Source: an uncultured cyanobacterium (GTDB lineage: Bacteria > Cyanobacteriota > Cyanobacteriia > Cyanobacteriales > Cyanobacteriaceae). Taken from it: a stretch of 64,000 nt of DNA. The DNA lies in the NCBI GenBank assembly GCA_963710605.1, contig CAVQBA010000002.1:32001-96000 (forward strand). Direction: 5' to 3'. The notes under the pieces were generated by a model. That model searched no databases. It worked only from the letters and a program-made list of their open reading frames with translations, and was not told the origin of the DNA. This document shows positions 20,381-30,842 of this stretch, one piece after another. The translations under genes were made by a program, and so were the position numbers. Positions within the stretch are counted from its first letter, which is position 1. Each line of letters begins with the position of its first letter.

Positions 20381-22651
20381 ATGAGCAACGCACCTTTTAG
20401 CCCCGAAGAAATCGCCGCAGAAGGAATTAAACCAGAAGAATACGAAGATATTGTCCAAAGATTAGGCAGACACCCGAACAAAGCTGAGTTAGGGATGTTT
20501 GGGGTAATGTGGTCGGAGCATTGTTGTTATAAAAATTCTCGTCCTTTGCTCTCGCAGTTTCCTACTAAAGGCGATCGAGTATTAGTAGGGCCGGGAGAAA
20601 ATGCAGGGGTAGTCGATTTTGGTGATGGGTTACGGGTAGCGTTCAAAATTGAGTCTCATAATCATCCTAGTGCGATCGAACCATTTCAGGGAGCGGCTAC
20701 AGGAGTTGGCGGTATCTTAAGAGATATTTTTACTATGGGTGCAAGACCGATCGCAATCCTTAATTCTCTGCGTTTTGGTAATTTAGATAATCCTCATACA
20801 AAACGTATATTTAAAGGTGTAGTAGAAGGTATAAGTCATTATGGTAATTGCGTCGGGGTCGCCACAGTAGGCGGTGAAGTTTATTTTAATTCGGCTTATA
20901 AAGGTAATCCTTTAGTTAACGCAATGGCGATCGGTTTGATGGAAACTGATGATATTGTAAAATCGGGGGCAGTAGGTATCGGTAATCCCGTTTTATATGT
21001 TGGTTCGACTACAGGTCGTGATGGTATGGGTGGTGCAAGTTTCGCTAGTGCGGAGTTAACTGAAGCATCTATGGACGATCGACCTGCGGTACAAGTAGGA
21101 GATCCTTTCCTTGAGAAATCCTTAATTGAAGCCTGTTTAGAAGCATTTAAAACAGGGGCTGTTGTCGCCGCTCAAGATATGGGTGCGGCAGGTATTACTT
21201 GTTCTACTTCCGAGATGGCGGCTAATGGTGGTGTGGGAGTTGAGTTAGATTTAGATAAAATACCCGCACGGGAAACAGGGATGATACCTTACGAGTATCT
21301 CCTTTCTGAATCTCAAGAAAGAATGCTTTTTGTTGCCGACAAAGGTAGAGAGCAAGAATTAATTGATATTTTTGAAAAATGGGGACTCCATGCTGTAGTT
21401 GCAGGGCAAGTAGTCAAAGAGCCGATCGTTCGTATCTTTCATCAAGGAAAAATAGCCGCCGAAGTACCTTCTACCGCCTTAGCTGATAATACCCCTATTT
21501 ATCATCACGAATTAATGTCAGAACCTCCTGAATATGCTACAACTGCATGGGCGTGGAAAGAAGAAGATTTACCTACTTGTAACGATGATAATATTTTAGG
21601 ACAAAAATGGTCTGATATTCTCTTAACTCTCCTTGATACGCCAACAATAGGTTCTAAAAGATGGATTTATCGTCAATACGACCACCAAGTCCAAAATAAT
21701 ACGGTTGTAATGCCGGGGGGAGCAGATGCGGCGATCGTTAGAGTTCGCCCTGTTAATGGTAAACCAGCTTTGGCAACGACAGGAATTGCGGCAACAACTG
21801 ATTGCAATCCTCGTTATGTTTATTTAGAACCTAAGTTAGGGGCAAAACTAGCTGTAGCCGAAGCGGCTCGTAACTTAAGTTGTGTCGGGGCTGAGCCGAT
21901 CGCAATTACCGATAATTTGAATTTTGGTAGTCCTGAAAAACCTGTGGGTTATTGGCAGTTACATAATGCTTGTGAAGGTATCTCTGAGGCTTGTCGAGAG
22001 TTTAATACTCCTGTGACGGGTGGTAATGTTTCTCTTTACAACGAGACTGTTGATAGTGATGGTAATCCGCAACCTATTTATCCTACTCCTGTAATTGGTA
22101 TGGTGGGTATTGTTCCCGATATTAGTCAAGTTGTGGGGCAAGGTTGGCAAGATGAAGGGGATTTAATTTATATTTTGGGTAAGTTTACTCCTTCTCTTGG
22201 TGCGTCGGAGTATTTAGTAACTATTCATGATACGATCGCAGGGAAACCTCCTGAGTTAGATTACGAGCTAGAAAAATCAGTACAAAATGCTTGTCGTCAG
22301 GGTATTCGTGACGGGTTAGTCAAATCGGCTCATGATTGTGCAGAAGGTGGTGTTGCTGTTGCCTTAGCTGAGTCTTGTATTGGTGGTAAGTTAGGCTGTG
22401 AGGTTAGTTTACCTGTTGGCGATATGCGTTTGGATACGGCTTTATTCGGTGAGTTGGCGAGTTTAATTGTGGTTTCTGTATCTGCTGAAAATCGATCGAA
22501 GTGGGAGAGTTTTCTAGATGAGAATTTAGCTGGTAGTTATCAACAAATTGGTGTTGTTAAAAATGATTGTTTGGTAATTGATGATGTTGTTAATGTATCG
22601 GTTGCACAGATGACTGATAATTGGGAAAATGCGATCGATCGAAGATTATAA
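20381..22651 (+). CDS. purL: phosphoribosylformylglycinamidine synthase subunit PurL
   Basis: [22 protein letters not shown] and LLSESQERM motifs. Confidence 0.97.
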   Translation: MSNAPFSPEEIAAEGIKPEEYEDIVQRLGRHPNKAELGMFGVMWSEHCCYKNSRPLLSQFPTKGDRVLVGPGENAGVVDFGDGLRVAFKIESHNHPSAIEPFQGAATGVGGILRDIFTMGARPIAILNSLRFGNLDNPHTKRIFKGVVEGISHYGNCVGVATVGGEVYFNSAYKGNPLVNAMAIGLMETDDIVKSGAVGIGNPVLYVGSTTGRDGMGGASFASAELTEASMDDRPAVQVGDPFLEKSLIEACLEAFKTGAVVAAQDMGAAGITCSTSEMAANGGVGVELDLDKIPARETGMIPYEYLLSESQERMLFVADKGREQELIDIFEKWGLHAVVAGQVVKEPIVRIFHQGKIAAEVPSTALADNTPIYHHELMSEPPEYATTAWAWKEEDLPTCNDDNILGQKWSDILLTLLDTPTIGSKRWIYRQYDHQVQNNTVVMPGGADAAIVRVRPVNGKPALATTGIAATTDCNPRYVYLEPKLGAKLAVAEAARNLSCVGAEPIAITDNLNFGSPEKPVGYWQLHNACEGISEACREFNTPVTGGNVSLYNETVDSDGNPQPIYPTPVIGMVGIVPDISQVVGQGWQDEGDLIYILGKFTPSLGASEYLVTIHDTIAGKPPELDYELEKSVQNACRQGIRDGLVKSAHDCAEGGVAVALAESCIGGKLGCEVSLPVGDMRLDTALFGELASLIVVSVSAENRSKWESFLDENLAGSYQQIGVVKNDCLVIDDVVNVSVAQMTDNWENAIDRRL

Positions 22652-22813
22652 ACCCCTTGTCTATATCAGGATTAAGAGGATTAAAGGATTGCAGGATTTT
22701 TGATTAAAAGTTAATTATTAATGTATTTCTAACTTTTATAAGATTAAACTTACGATCGTGTTAGTGTTACAATCTATCATTTTTATGAGATATATAAATT
22801 CCAATAGCTGTTC

Positions 22814-23086
22814 CTAGATTGATAATAGCTGATAAAGTAATACTGAAAGAGGTACTAATATAATAAAACCTAAAGCAAATACAGCAGGTCCACCATCTAT
22901 TGTACTTAAGATAAAGCCAACCAAGCAAAAAACAACAAATAATATCAGGATAGACGAGATTATTTGAATTAGAAACATTCGGAAAATTCCTCGTTTACCC
23001 TTTTTTTTAAAAGCTTTAAGTTGTGCTTCTCGAAAAAAAATTGAAATGAGAATAGATGAAAATATAAAAAAAAGCAAGTATTCCAT
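22814..23086 (-). CDS. hypothetical 3-TM membrane protein
   Basis: 90-aa hydrophobic ORF with ATG start; no family recognised. Confidence 0.5.
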   Translation of the reverse strand: MEYLLFFIFSSILISIFFREAQLKAFKKKGKRGIFRMFLIQIISSILILFVVFCLVGFILSTIDGGPAVFALGFIILVPLSVLLYQLLSI

Positions 23087-23146
23087 TTAATTATATTTAA
23101 ACTAATAAAATTTGTATATTAAACATGATAGTGTTGGGTATTAAAA

Positions 23147-23322
23147 ATGCCAACCAATGAATAATTAAAGGGGCTTTATCAAATTTGTTATTATTTAACT
23201 TATAAAGTTTTCAACCTATTCGTCTTGTCTGTATTGATGAGAGAACAAATAATCTTTTCGTTTTAGCAGGTGATGATGATGAAATTGAACTAGAGATTAC
23301 AGCAATAGAAGAAGTTATCTAA
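23147..23322 (+). pseudogene. DUF6888-like small gene, inactivated
   Basis: MPTNE*LKGLYQICYYLTYK / frameshift / FQPIRLVCIDERTNNLFVLAGDDDEIELEI; internal TAA at codon 6. Confidence 0.6.
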
Positions 23323-23492
23323 TGAGACAGACTAATTATTCTAGTATGTCAGATCAAGAACTAAGAGAATACTTTTTAGTAAATAAATACGATCAATCGG
23401 CTTTACAAGCTTATTTAGCAAGACGAAATAGTAAGCCAAGAAAAGTTATTACTAGAATTGATGATATTGATTTTGATTTAAAAATAGAATAG
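23322..23492 (+). CDS. DUF6887-like small protein (possibly prematurely stopped)
   Basis: MRQTNYSSMSDQELREYFL..DQSALQAYLAR; TAATG coupling to the upstream pseudogene. Too short for the ORF track. Confidence 0.6.
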   Translation: MRQTNYSSMSDQELREYFLVNKYDQSALQAYLARRNSKPRKVITRIDDIDFDLKIE

Positions 23493-23534
23493 GCAATATC
23501 AGCAAAGTTAAAAAAATTCATTAAAATACGAAAA

Positions 23535-23783
23535 ATGAAGAAAAAGCAAGAAATTATTTTAGAAGAACAAGAATGGCTTAAAATTCAGGCAATAGCGAAT
23601 AACTTTGGACTATCAATCTCAGAATTTTTAACTCAATTAAGCTCACAAAAGTTATTAGTAGTCAATGCTGATTTAGAAGAAGATAAGTTAGATTTAGAAG
23701 AAGCCTTAACTGTCTTAAAACAAGCACAAGAAGAAGGAGAAGAAGCTATGTTGTGGTCAGATTTTGAAAAAGAACTTGTTTGA
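23535..23783 (+). CDS. putative antitoxin (partner of RelE/ParE toxin)
   Basis: Acidic 82 aa ending WSDFEKEL; overlaps the toxin gene. Confidence 0.75.
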   Translation: MKKKQEIILEEQEWLKIQAIANNFGLSISEFLTQLSSQKLLVVNADLEEDKLDLEEALTVLKQAQEEGEEAMLWSDFEKELV

Positions 23784-24049
23784 GAATGAAATATGAAATT
23801 AGAATTTTAAGTAAAGCTCGTCGTCAAATTAAAAAATTGCCAAAATTAGTGCAAAGCGATCTTAAAAATACTATTCGTAACTTAGCACAAAATCCTCGCT
23901 CCTCAGGAGTTAAAAAGTTATCAGGTAATTACGATTTATATCGAGCTAGAATGGGTAATTACCGTATTATTTATGAAATTAAAGACGATGTTTTGATTAT
24001 CGTAATCGTCTTAGTCGGACATCGTAAACAAATTTACCGAGATTTATAA
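23780..24049 (+). CDS. relE: RelE/ParE family toxin
   Basis: ARRQIKKL...LAQNPR..GVKKL..YRARMGNYRIIYEI...VGHRKQIY. Confidence 0.88.
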   Translation: MRMKYEIRILSKARRQIKKLPKLVQSDLKNTIRNLAQNPRSSGVKKLSGNYDLYRARMGNYRIIYEIKDDVLIIVIVLVGHRKQIYRDL

Positions 24050-24176
24050 TATTAATAATATTAAGGAAGTTATTCCTATGTCAAGAATGTTAATTTGATT
24101 AAAGAAAAAACGATCAACCGTAGGCTGGTGCTGCGCGATCGCCATCGTACCATAAATTGTATTTATTTTATTTTTG

Positions 24177-24207
24177 TTAACCGTAGGGGTTGAACATTGT
24201 TCAACCC
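24177..24207 (+). repeat. GTAG-family REP, left member of a 31-bp inverted pair
   Basis: TTAACCGTAGGGGTTGAACATTGTTCAACCC; exact reverse complement at 25463-25493. Confidence 0.85.
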
Positions 24208-24243
24208 ACAAGAATGGTTCAAGATTATCGAATCAATCACATC

Positions 24244-25065
24244 TCATCGACGCTTATCTCGATATTTGTATATTTCATACAACATTAAACTACCCGCTAC
24301 AGCTAAATTCAAAGAATCGCTATTTCCTACCATCGGAATCCGAATTAAACGATTGCACAAGGCTTTTTGTCGATCGCTTAAACCTTTACGCTCTTCTCCT
24401 AGAAAAAGAATGGTAGAACGAGGATATTTAAAATGATGAAAGTCAACCTCAGCCTCTGGTGAAGCCGCTATTACTTCCATATTACGACGACGTATCCAAT
24501 GAGCTAAAGAAGAATAACTCGTACGAATCAGTTGTTGATGAAATAAAGCTCCCATTGTGGCTCGAATTACATCATAATGATAGGGATCGATCGTTTTACC
24601 GATTAAAATAAAACCATTACCACCGATCGCTTCTGAAGTACGTATTAATGTACCGAGATTCCCACTATTACGAACTTTTTCTAAAGCAACCCAACATAAT
24701 CCTGAGTTACCTGCAAGATGATGTAATTTAGTCCACTTTTGTTTGACGATAGCGGCAATACCAGACGCTTTTTCTTTAAGAGAAATACGACGAAATTGTT
24801 CTGGTGTTAGTTTAACTGTATCAATACCACTACGTCTTAATTTACGAACTACTTGACGTGCGGGTGGTACGATTAAGAGTTTTTCACTGTATAGAATAGT
24901 GACAATTTCAAAATCGTTTTGAGCGACTTGAAGAAAGTTACGGACACCTTCAAGATAAAAGAGGTTTTGTTCGTCACGATAGACACGACTTTTTTGGAGT
25001 TTACAGACTTGGGTTAACACCTCTTCAATTGTTAACCGATGACGATCGATTTTAGCATCGACCAT
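24244..25065 (-). CDS. TrmH/SpoU family RNA 2'-O-methyltransferase
   Basis: GNLGTLIRT, LGEERKGL and IPMVG..DSLNLAVA SPOUT motifs, plus an N-terminal substrate-binding domain. Confidence 0.9.
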   Translation of the reverse strand: MVDAKIDRHRLTIEEVLTQVCKLQKSRVYRDEQNLFYLEGVRNFLQVAQNDFEIVTILYSEKLLIVPPARQVVRKLRRSGIDTVKLTPEQFRRISLKEKASGIAAIVKQKWTKLHHLAGNSGLCWVALEKVRNSGNLGTLIRTSEAIGGNGFILIGKTIDPYHYDVIRATMGALFHQQLIRTSYSSLAHWIRRRNMEVIAASPEAEVDFHHFKYPRSTILFLGEERKGLSDRQKALCNRLIRIPMVGNSDSLNLAVAGSLMLYEIYKYRDKRR

Positions 25066-25242
25066 CCTCCCTAAGAGTTAATTCACTCTTTACGAATTGT
25101 TTAAACATGAATATAAATGACTTAACGCATTGGTTTGTTTATATCTAGTTAATTGTAGCTTAAATAACGATCGACTGTATAACATGAGGAAGTACTGATT
25201 TTGTAGCGATAAAATTAATATATTAGCAGGAGTATTTAAGTC

Positions 25243-25428
25243 ATGAATAAATATAGAACATTAGAAGAAATAACGGAAGAATATTTAATAAATCATCCCG
25301 AAGAAATCGATGACTTTTTAACTGAAAGTTTTGCTGAATATGCTAATGATGGAGACAGTGCAGTTTTACTTTCTCAATTACGAATCATTGTTCGTGTTAA
25401 AGGTATCTCTTCGTTTCTAAAATATTAG
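25243..25428 (+). pseudogene. truncated addiction-module antidote / DNA-binding protein
   Basis: EYLINHPEEIDDFL...DGDSAVLLSQLRIIVRVKGIS stops just before the expected HTH. Confidence 0.55.
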
Positions 25429-25462
25429 CTTGAAAATTAATTTTATCGCCATCAAAGAAGAA

Positions 25463-25493
25463 GGGTTGAACAATGTTCAACCCCTACGGTTAA
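25463..25493 (-). repeat. GTAG-family REP, right member of the 31-bp inverted pair
   Basis: GGGTTGAACAATGTTCAACCCCTACGGTTAA. Confidence 0.85.
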
Positions 25494-25587
25494 AATATTA
25501 TAATTAACGATCGTTATTCAATGTCTGTTGGTATTTGCTCATCGTCTATATACGATCGAATTTTTGGCTTAAAAATAATCAAATCAA

Positions 25588-26043
25588 TTACGAATTACTA
25601 CTATCAAATCGAGGAAAAACAGGGCTAGTATAACCTGTCGCTTTAAATTGTTTTAACTTTAAAGGAGTAGGCTGATTTGAAGGTACACTAATTCTTAATT
25701 CAAACCCATTAACTCCCGGAGGTACTTCGGCGATCGAACCTAATCTGCTACGATTTTGTAAAGCTGGTTCGTTATTTGCATCAAGTACACGACCAAAAAC
25801 GTCTGCATCATATACTGTTTTACTTGAAGTATTATTCGTGTTTCCTGTCACTAAAAAACAACTTGCAGGTAATGCACTACCGCCACTAGTTACACTGTTT
25901 TCACCCATACCAGCAGGGCATTCTTTATAATCCACATCGGTAATCTTTATCTGTACAGCCGCCTCGGCAGACGGTGGTAAAATTAAGCTACTTAAAAACA
26001 TGAGAATGGTAACAAAACCGATCGTCAAAATACGTTTGAACAT
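25588..26043 (-). CDS. conserved cyanobacterial secreted/lumenal protein
   Basis: Signal peptide ending AEA; YDADVFGRVLDANNEPALQNRSRLG; start MFKRIL at 26043. Confidence 0.75.
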   Translation of the reverse strand: MFKRILTIGFVTILMFLSSLILPPSAEAAVQIKITDVDYKECPAGMGENSVTSGGSALPASCFLVTGNTNNTSSKTVYDADVFGRVLDANNEPALQNRSRLGSIAEVPPGVNGFELRISVPSNQPTPLKLKQFKATGYTSPVFPRFDSSNS

Positions 26044-26196
26044 AGATAATAAATTCCTATAGTATCGATATTCTAATTTTATCTGTAAAGGGAAGTTAAA
26101 CAATTAATAATTGATAATTATCTCTACATTAAGCAAATAAAGCTTTTGATTTCTTTTTTCAATGAGTTTTATGGTTGTATGTGCTATTGTCTTTAG

Positions 26197-26733
26197 TTAT
26201 TTTAAATCGAGTAAACCTTCTTCTTTTAATTTAGGATTAAAACGCATATTCATTGTAACTCCTCGATCGTGTAATTTTTGTTTGATTGTTTCTTCTACTC
26301 TTCTGGCTGATTTTTTGAGGATTTTACTTTGATGTAATTCGTCTTCTTGCTCATATTTTTCTTTTTCTTCCTCCGTCATTTGCCCTCTAGTATCGATCGG
26401 TTGTGTCCATTCTTTTTGCTCTAATTCGCTAGGTAATAAACCTTCATTTTCGGCTAACCAATCGTTACGAATTCCTTCTAAAAGCGATCGACTAGGGCGT
26501 TCAATAATATGTGCTTTAAACCAATAACATTGATCTACTTTTCTCATTAAATGTTGTTGCAAACTTTTAAATAAATTACGAGTATAGCCGATATACTGTA
26601 TTTTTTTATCTTGATCGTAAATTGCATAAATAGCTATTTTTCCTTCTAAATCAGAATCTATTTCTCCTTCATTATTAAGGTAAGAATTATAATCTATATC
26701 TTTTAAATAAATTTTTTCTTCGGTAGTTATCAT
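26197..26733 (-). CDS. GIY-YIG nuclease family protein
   Basis: AIYAIYD...QYIGYTR motif; C-terminal FNPKLKEEGLLDLK. Confidence 0.85.
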   Translation of the reverse strand: MITTEEKIYLKDIDYNSYLNNEGEIDSDLEGKIAIYAIYDQDKKIQYIGYTRNLFKSLQQHLMRKVDQCYWFKAHIIERPSRSLLEGIRNDWLAENEGLLPSELEQKEWTQPIDTRGQMTEEEKEKYEQEDELHQSKILKKSARRVEETIKQKLHDRGVTMNMRFNPKLKEEGLLDLK

Positions 26734-27130
26734 CTGTGTCTATGGTATAGATAATTTAAGCGTGGATAATTAATCATCAAAAAACGATCGTCAATAGTAT
26801 AGTATTTGTTAGATTGATTAGCTAATTTAATTAAAGATTGGCTATCACTACGATTTCTTTTTTAACTACTTATCGATCGTCTATTTATGAAATTTGGGCA
26901 TAACCAAAAATTATTGACCACGATTCAAATTACCATTAATTCTATACCTAACCCACTAGTTTTCAATAAAAATTAACAGAAGTAACGCCTATTATTAATT
27001 AAGTAATAGAAAGTAAGTAAATCATCGTGTTAATGAAAAATTATCAGAAGAAAGAGTATTTATTTAAGACAATCGTCTTGTAATAAATAATGAAGGTGCA
27101 AGCAGACAAACTCCGACGATGGAATATTTT

Positions 27131-27505
27131 TTAATCAACAATCCCGACTTGAATTCTCTCATCTACAATTTGGATTGGATAAGTCGGAATTGTTACCTCA
27201 GCGTTATCTAAACATTCTCCTGTAGCTAAATTAAAATTTTGTTTATAGATAGGAGAAGCTACTTTAACAATACCTTGTCGATCGCCTAAAATACCTCTAG
27301 ACAAGACATTTGCCTTACTAAAGGGGTCATAATTACTTAAAGCATAAATTTTATCTTCATTATTTATTTGTACCCGAAAAATAGCTACTTGTTCGCCTTT
27401 GACTAAAGCACATACTCCTGTATTAGGGAAAATGTCTGCTACTGCACAAATGTCAATCCACTCGCTGACTTCATTTTGATTTGTAATCGGTAATGTTTGA
27501 ACCAT
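27131..27505 (-). CDS. nirD: NAD(P)H nitrite reductase small subunit
   Basis: NYDPFSKANVLSRG...VASPIYKQNF (Rieske-like fold lacking ligands). Confidence 0.93.
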   Translation of the reverse strand: MVQTLPITNQNEVSEWIDICAVADIFPNTGVCALVKGEQVAIFRVQINNEDKIYALSNYDPFSKANVLSRGILGDRQGIVKVASPIYKQNFNLATGECLDNAEVTIPTYPIQIVDERIQVGIVD

Positions 27506-27650
27506 GATAATAGTTGATAGTTGATAGTTAAATTCCCCTCCTTCGCAAGGAGGGGTTAGGGGTGGTTTTTCTCTTAATAGAGGGGCTAGAGGAGGTTATT
27601 TATTGGTGGGTTGAATTATATTAAACCCCTACGTTGTTGGGTGCGATCGG

Positions 27651-30203
27651 TTATTGGTTACTTGTTAAAAGCACTTTTTCCGCTTCCGTTGCAGGGCGTT
27701 TTTGGTCACGCTCTTGTACGTATGCTAAATTAGAATCAACTCCGTCGGTGTTAATAAAGCTACGGAATAATTTTAATTTTTCAGGATTTTCGATCGCCGC
27801 TTTCCATTCACATTCATAGGTATTGACTAAATGCTCCATCTGTGCTTCTAGTTCATCACAAATACCTAAAGAATCTTCGATAATTACTTCTTTTAGATAA
27901 TCCATACCACCTTCTAATTTATTGAACCATGTAGCTGTTCTTTCTAGTTTGTCGGCGGTGCGGATATAGAAAATTAAAAATCGATCGATATATTTAATTA
28001 CAGTTTCTTTATCGATATCCGATGCAAATAACATAGCGTGTTGTGGTCTCGTCCCACCATTACCACATAGATACAAATTCCAACCGTTTTCGGTGGCAAT
28101 GATACCAAAGTCTTTACTTTGAGCTTCCGCACATTCACGGGTACAACCAGATACCGCTGATTTTAATTTGTGAGGGGCACGAATACCACGATAACGTAAC
28201 TCAACTTCGATCGCAAAAGCAACCGAATCTTGTACGCCATAACGACACCAAGTACTACCAACACATGATTTTACCGTTCTAAGGGCTTTACCGTAAGCAT
28301 GACCCGACTCAAAACCTGCTTCGATTAATTTTTTCCAAATATGTGGTAATTGGTCTAATCTTGCCCCAAAAAGGTCAACTCGTTGAGCCCCTGTAATTTT
28401 AGTATAAAGATCGAATTCTTGAGCAATTTGTCCTAAAACGATTAATTTATCAGGAGTAATTTCGCCACCTGGTACGCGAGGAATAACTGAATAAGTACCG
28501 TCTTTTTGGGTGTTAGCTAAAAATCGATCGTTAGTATCTTGCAATCCCGCATGAGTTGGTTCTAAAATATGCTCATTCCATGTTGCCGCTAACATTGAAG
28601 TAACAGCAGGTTTACAAACTTCACAACCCAAACCAGTACCAAATTGAGCGATTAAATCGCCGAAGGTTTTGATTTTGTGGAAACGAACTAAATGATATAA
28701 TTCTTGACGAGAATAGGCAAAATGTTCGCAAAGGTGGTTTTTCACCGTTAAGCCCATTTTCTTCATCTCAGATTTCATGATATCAGTGACAAGAGGCACA
28801 CAACCGCCACAACCCGTGCCTGCTGAAGTACATTGTTTGATGCTACCAATATCAGTTAATTCTTGCTCGTGAATGGCGGTAACTAAATCTTGTTTGGCGA
28901 CGCTGTTACAAGAACAAATTTGAGCGGTATCGGGTAAACTATCTACACCCATACCTGCGGATGCACTCTTGGTTTCGCCTTCTCTTGGTGGCAGTAATAA
29001 GTCTTCAGGATGAGGAGGTAAAGCGATATTGTTTTGCACAAATTGTAGAAGTGTACCGTAATCATCGGCATCTCCTACTAAAATACCACCTAATAAACGA
29101 GTACCATCTTCATTAAGCACTAATTTCTTGTAAATACCTTTAACCGAATCATTAACAGCAATTTCTTTTGCACCTTCAGTCACACCAAAGTTATCGCCAA
29201 AACTAGCAACGTCAACACCTAAAAGTTTTAACTTGGTTGACATATCCGCACCAGCAAAGCTACTTTCTCCCGATTTAGTTAAAGCATCTACTGCCACACT
29301 AGCCATGTTATAACCAGGGGCAACCAAACCATAAATACGATTGTCATATAAAGCACATTCACCGATCGCATAAATGTCTTCATCGCTAGTTTGACAATAT
29401 TCGTTAATAACTATACCGCCTCTTTGCCCGATCGCTAAACCACTACTTCTAGCTAACTCATCGCGAGGGCGAATACCCGCAGAAAAGACGATCGTATCTG
29501 TCTGTAATTCTGTACCATCAGCAAAAGTCATTTTGACAACTTTACCGTCTTCGCTGACAATTTCGGTGGTGTTTTTACTAGTATGTACTGTTACGCCTAA
29601 TTCTGCGATTTTATTTTTGAGAATATTACCACCAGCATCATCTATTTGTACGGGCATCAAACGAGGAGCAAATTCGACGACATGAGTTTCTAAACCCATA
29701 TTTTTTAAAGCATTAGCACATTCTAAACCGAGTAAACCACCACCGATGACAACTCCTGTTTTACATTCTTTGGCGTAACTTTCCATCGCTTCTAAATCGT
29801 CAATGGTACGATAAACAAATGTACCTTCTGCATCTTTACCCTTGATTGGAGGGACAAAAGGATAAGAGCCTGTAGCGAGTACTAGTTTATCATATTTAAT
29901 TTCTTTTCCTTGCTCGGAGACGATCGTCTTGGAGTCTCTATTGATGGTGGTTGCTTTATCACCAATATGTACTGTAATATTATTTTCTTCGTAAAAATTA
30001 GGCTCAACTAAGGATAAATCGTCGGCACTTTTACCTGAAAAGTATTCACTTAAATGAACTCTATCGTAGGCTAAACGTGATTCTTCGCAAAATGTAATTA
30101 GATTGTATTGTGAGGAGGTGGCTTGTTTTTTGACCATAAGCTCTAAAAACTTATGACCTACCATTCCATTACCAATTACAACTAGATTTTCTTTATATGT
30201 CAT
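27651..30203 (-). CDS. nirB: NAD(P)H nitrite reductase large subunit
   Basis: FAD and NAD Rossmann motifs (GNGMVG, GGGLLG), BFD-like Cys clusters, siroheme motifs CVGSTWC and SGCTRECAE. Confidence 0.96.
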   Translation of the reverse strand: MTYKENLVVIGNGMVGHKFLELMVKKQATSSQYNLITFCEESRLAYDRVHLSEYFSGKSADDLSLVEPNFYEENNITVHIGDKATTINRDSKTIVSEQGKEIKYDKLVLATGSYPFVPPIKGKDAEGTFVYRTIDDLEAMESYAKECKTGVVIGGGLLGLECANALKNMGLETHVVEFAPRLMPVQIDDAGGNILKNKIAELGVTVHTSKNTTEIVSEDGKVVKMTFADGTELQTDTIVFSAGIRPRDELARSSGLAIGQRGGIVINEYCQTSDEDIYAIGECALYDNRIYGLVAPGYNMASVAVDALTKSGESSFAGADMSTKLKLLGVDVASFGDNFGVTEGAKEIAVNDSVKGIYKKLVLNEDGTRLLGGILVGDADDYGTLLQFVQNNIALPPHPEDLLLPPREGETKSASAGMGVDSLPDTAQICSCNSVAKQDLVTAIHEQELTDIGSIKQCTSAGTGCGGCVPLVTDIMKSEMKKMGLTVKNHLCEHFAYSRQELYHLVRFHKIKTFGDLIAQFGTGLGCEVCKPAVTSMLAATWNEHILEPTHAGLQDTNDRFLANTQKDGTYSVIPRVPGGEITPDKLIVLGQIAQEFDLYTKITGAQRVDLFGARLDQLPHIWKKLIEAGFESGHAYGKALRTVKSCVGSTWCRYGVQDSVAFAIEVELRYRGIRAPHKLKSAVSGCTRECAEAQSKDFGIIATENGWNLYLCGNGGTRPQHAMLFASDIDKETVIKYIDRFLIFYIRTADKLERTATWFNKLEGGMDYLKEVIIEDSLGICDELEAQMEHLVNTYECEWKAAIENPEKLKLFRSFINTDGVDSNLAYVQERDQKRPATEAEKVLLTSNQ

Positions 30204-30261
30204 AAGAGCAAATATAATGTATCTAGATTCATTCTATTCATCTTGACTGAAAATGAACCAT

Positions 30262-30275
30262 GTATCTGTCACCAC
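30262..30275 (-). promoter_or_regulatory. possible NtcA site (GTG-N8-TAC) upstream of nirB
   Basis: Minus strand reads GTGGTGACAGATAC, about 60 bp before the nirB ATG; one mismatch to consensus. Confidence 0.4.
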
Positions 30276-30482
30276 TTATTGATGTAAAACATCGTCTTGA
30301 TGCGATCGTTGCATATATTAGCGATCGCTAACAAAATAATTACCTGTTCTAAATCTATACAATCTATACGCTGTAAAGAGAATAGTGGTAATTACATTAA
30401 AAATAAAAAGTGAGATAATAAGCCGTAAAAGTGTAACGAAATATTAATAGACTTTTGTTATTTAATATTTTTGAATTAGTTT

Positions 30483-30800
30483 GTAGTGAGGGTTTTAACC
30501 CTCAAGCCTAAGTGATTATTTTCCCCTAAATTTTTATCCCCCTAAATCCCCCGCATGTTCGGGGGACTTACCAACTGTAAGTGTAGTTTTAATTATTGAA
30601 AATGGTACAAGCAAAAAAAAATAAGTATTTTTTATATAAAATAGTTTGGATGTTTTTCTGTAGGGGTGCAAGGTTTGCACCCTTATTTTAGTAATTATTA
30701 GAGATAGCTACTTAAATAAGACCAAATTCAAAATACAAAAAGACAGATAGATCCCCCCAACCCCCACGACGTAGCAATGCTACGTCTCTACAAAGGGAGG
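30483..30800. repeat. cluster of REPs and CCCCTAAATCCCC-type small dispersed repeats
   Basis: GTAGTGAGGGTTTTAACCCTC, CCCCTAAATCCCCC..GGGGGACTT, GTAGGGGTGCAAGGTTTGCACCC and GACGTAGCAATGCTACGTCTCTAC within 320 bp. Confidence 0.75.
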
Positions 30801-30842
30801 CTTACCATTTTGAGGCGGGTACTTTTTTTGATGGGAAATATT

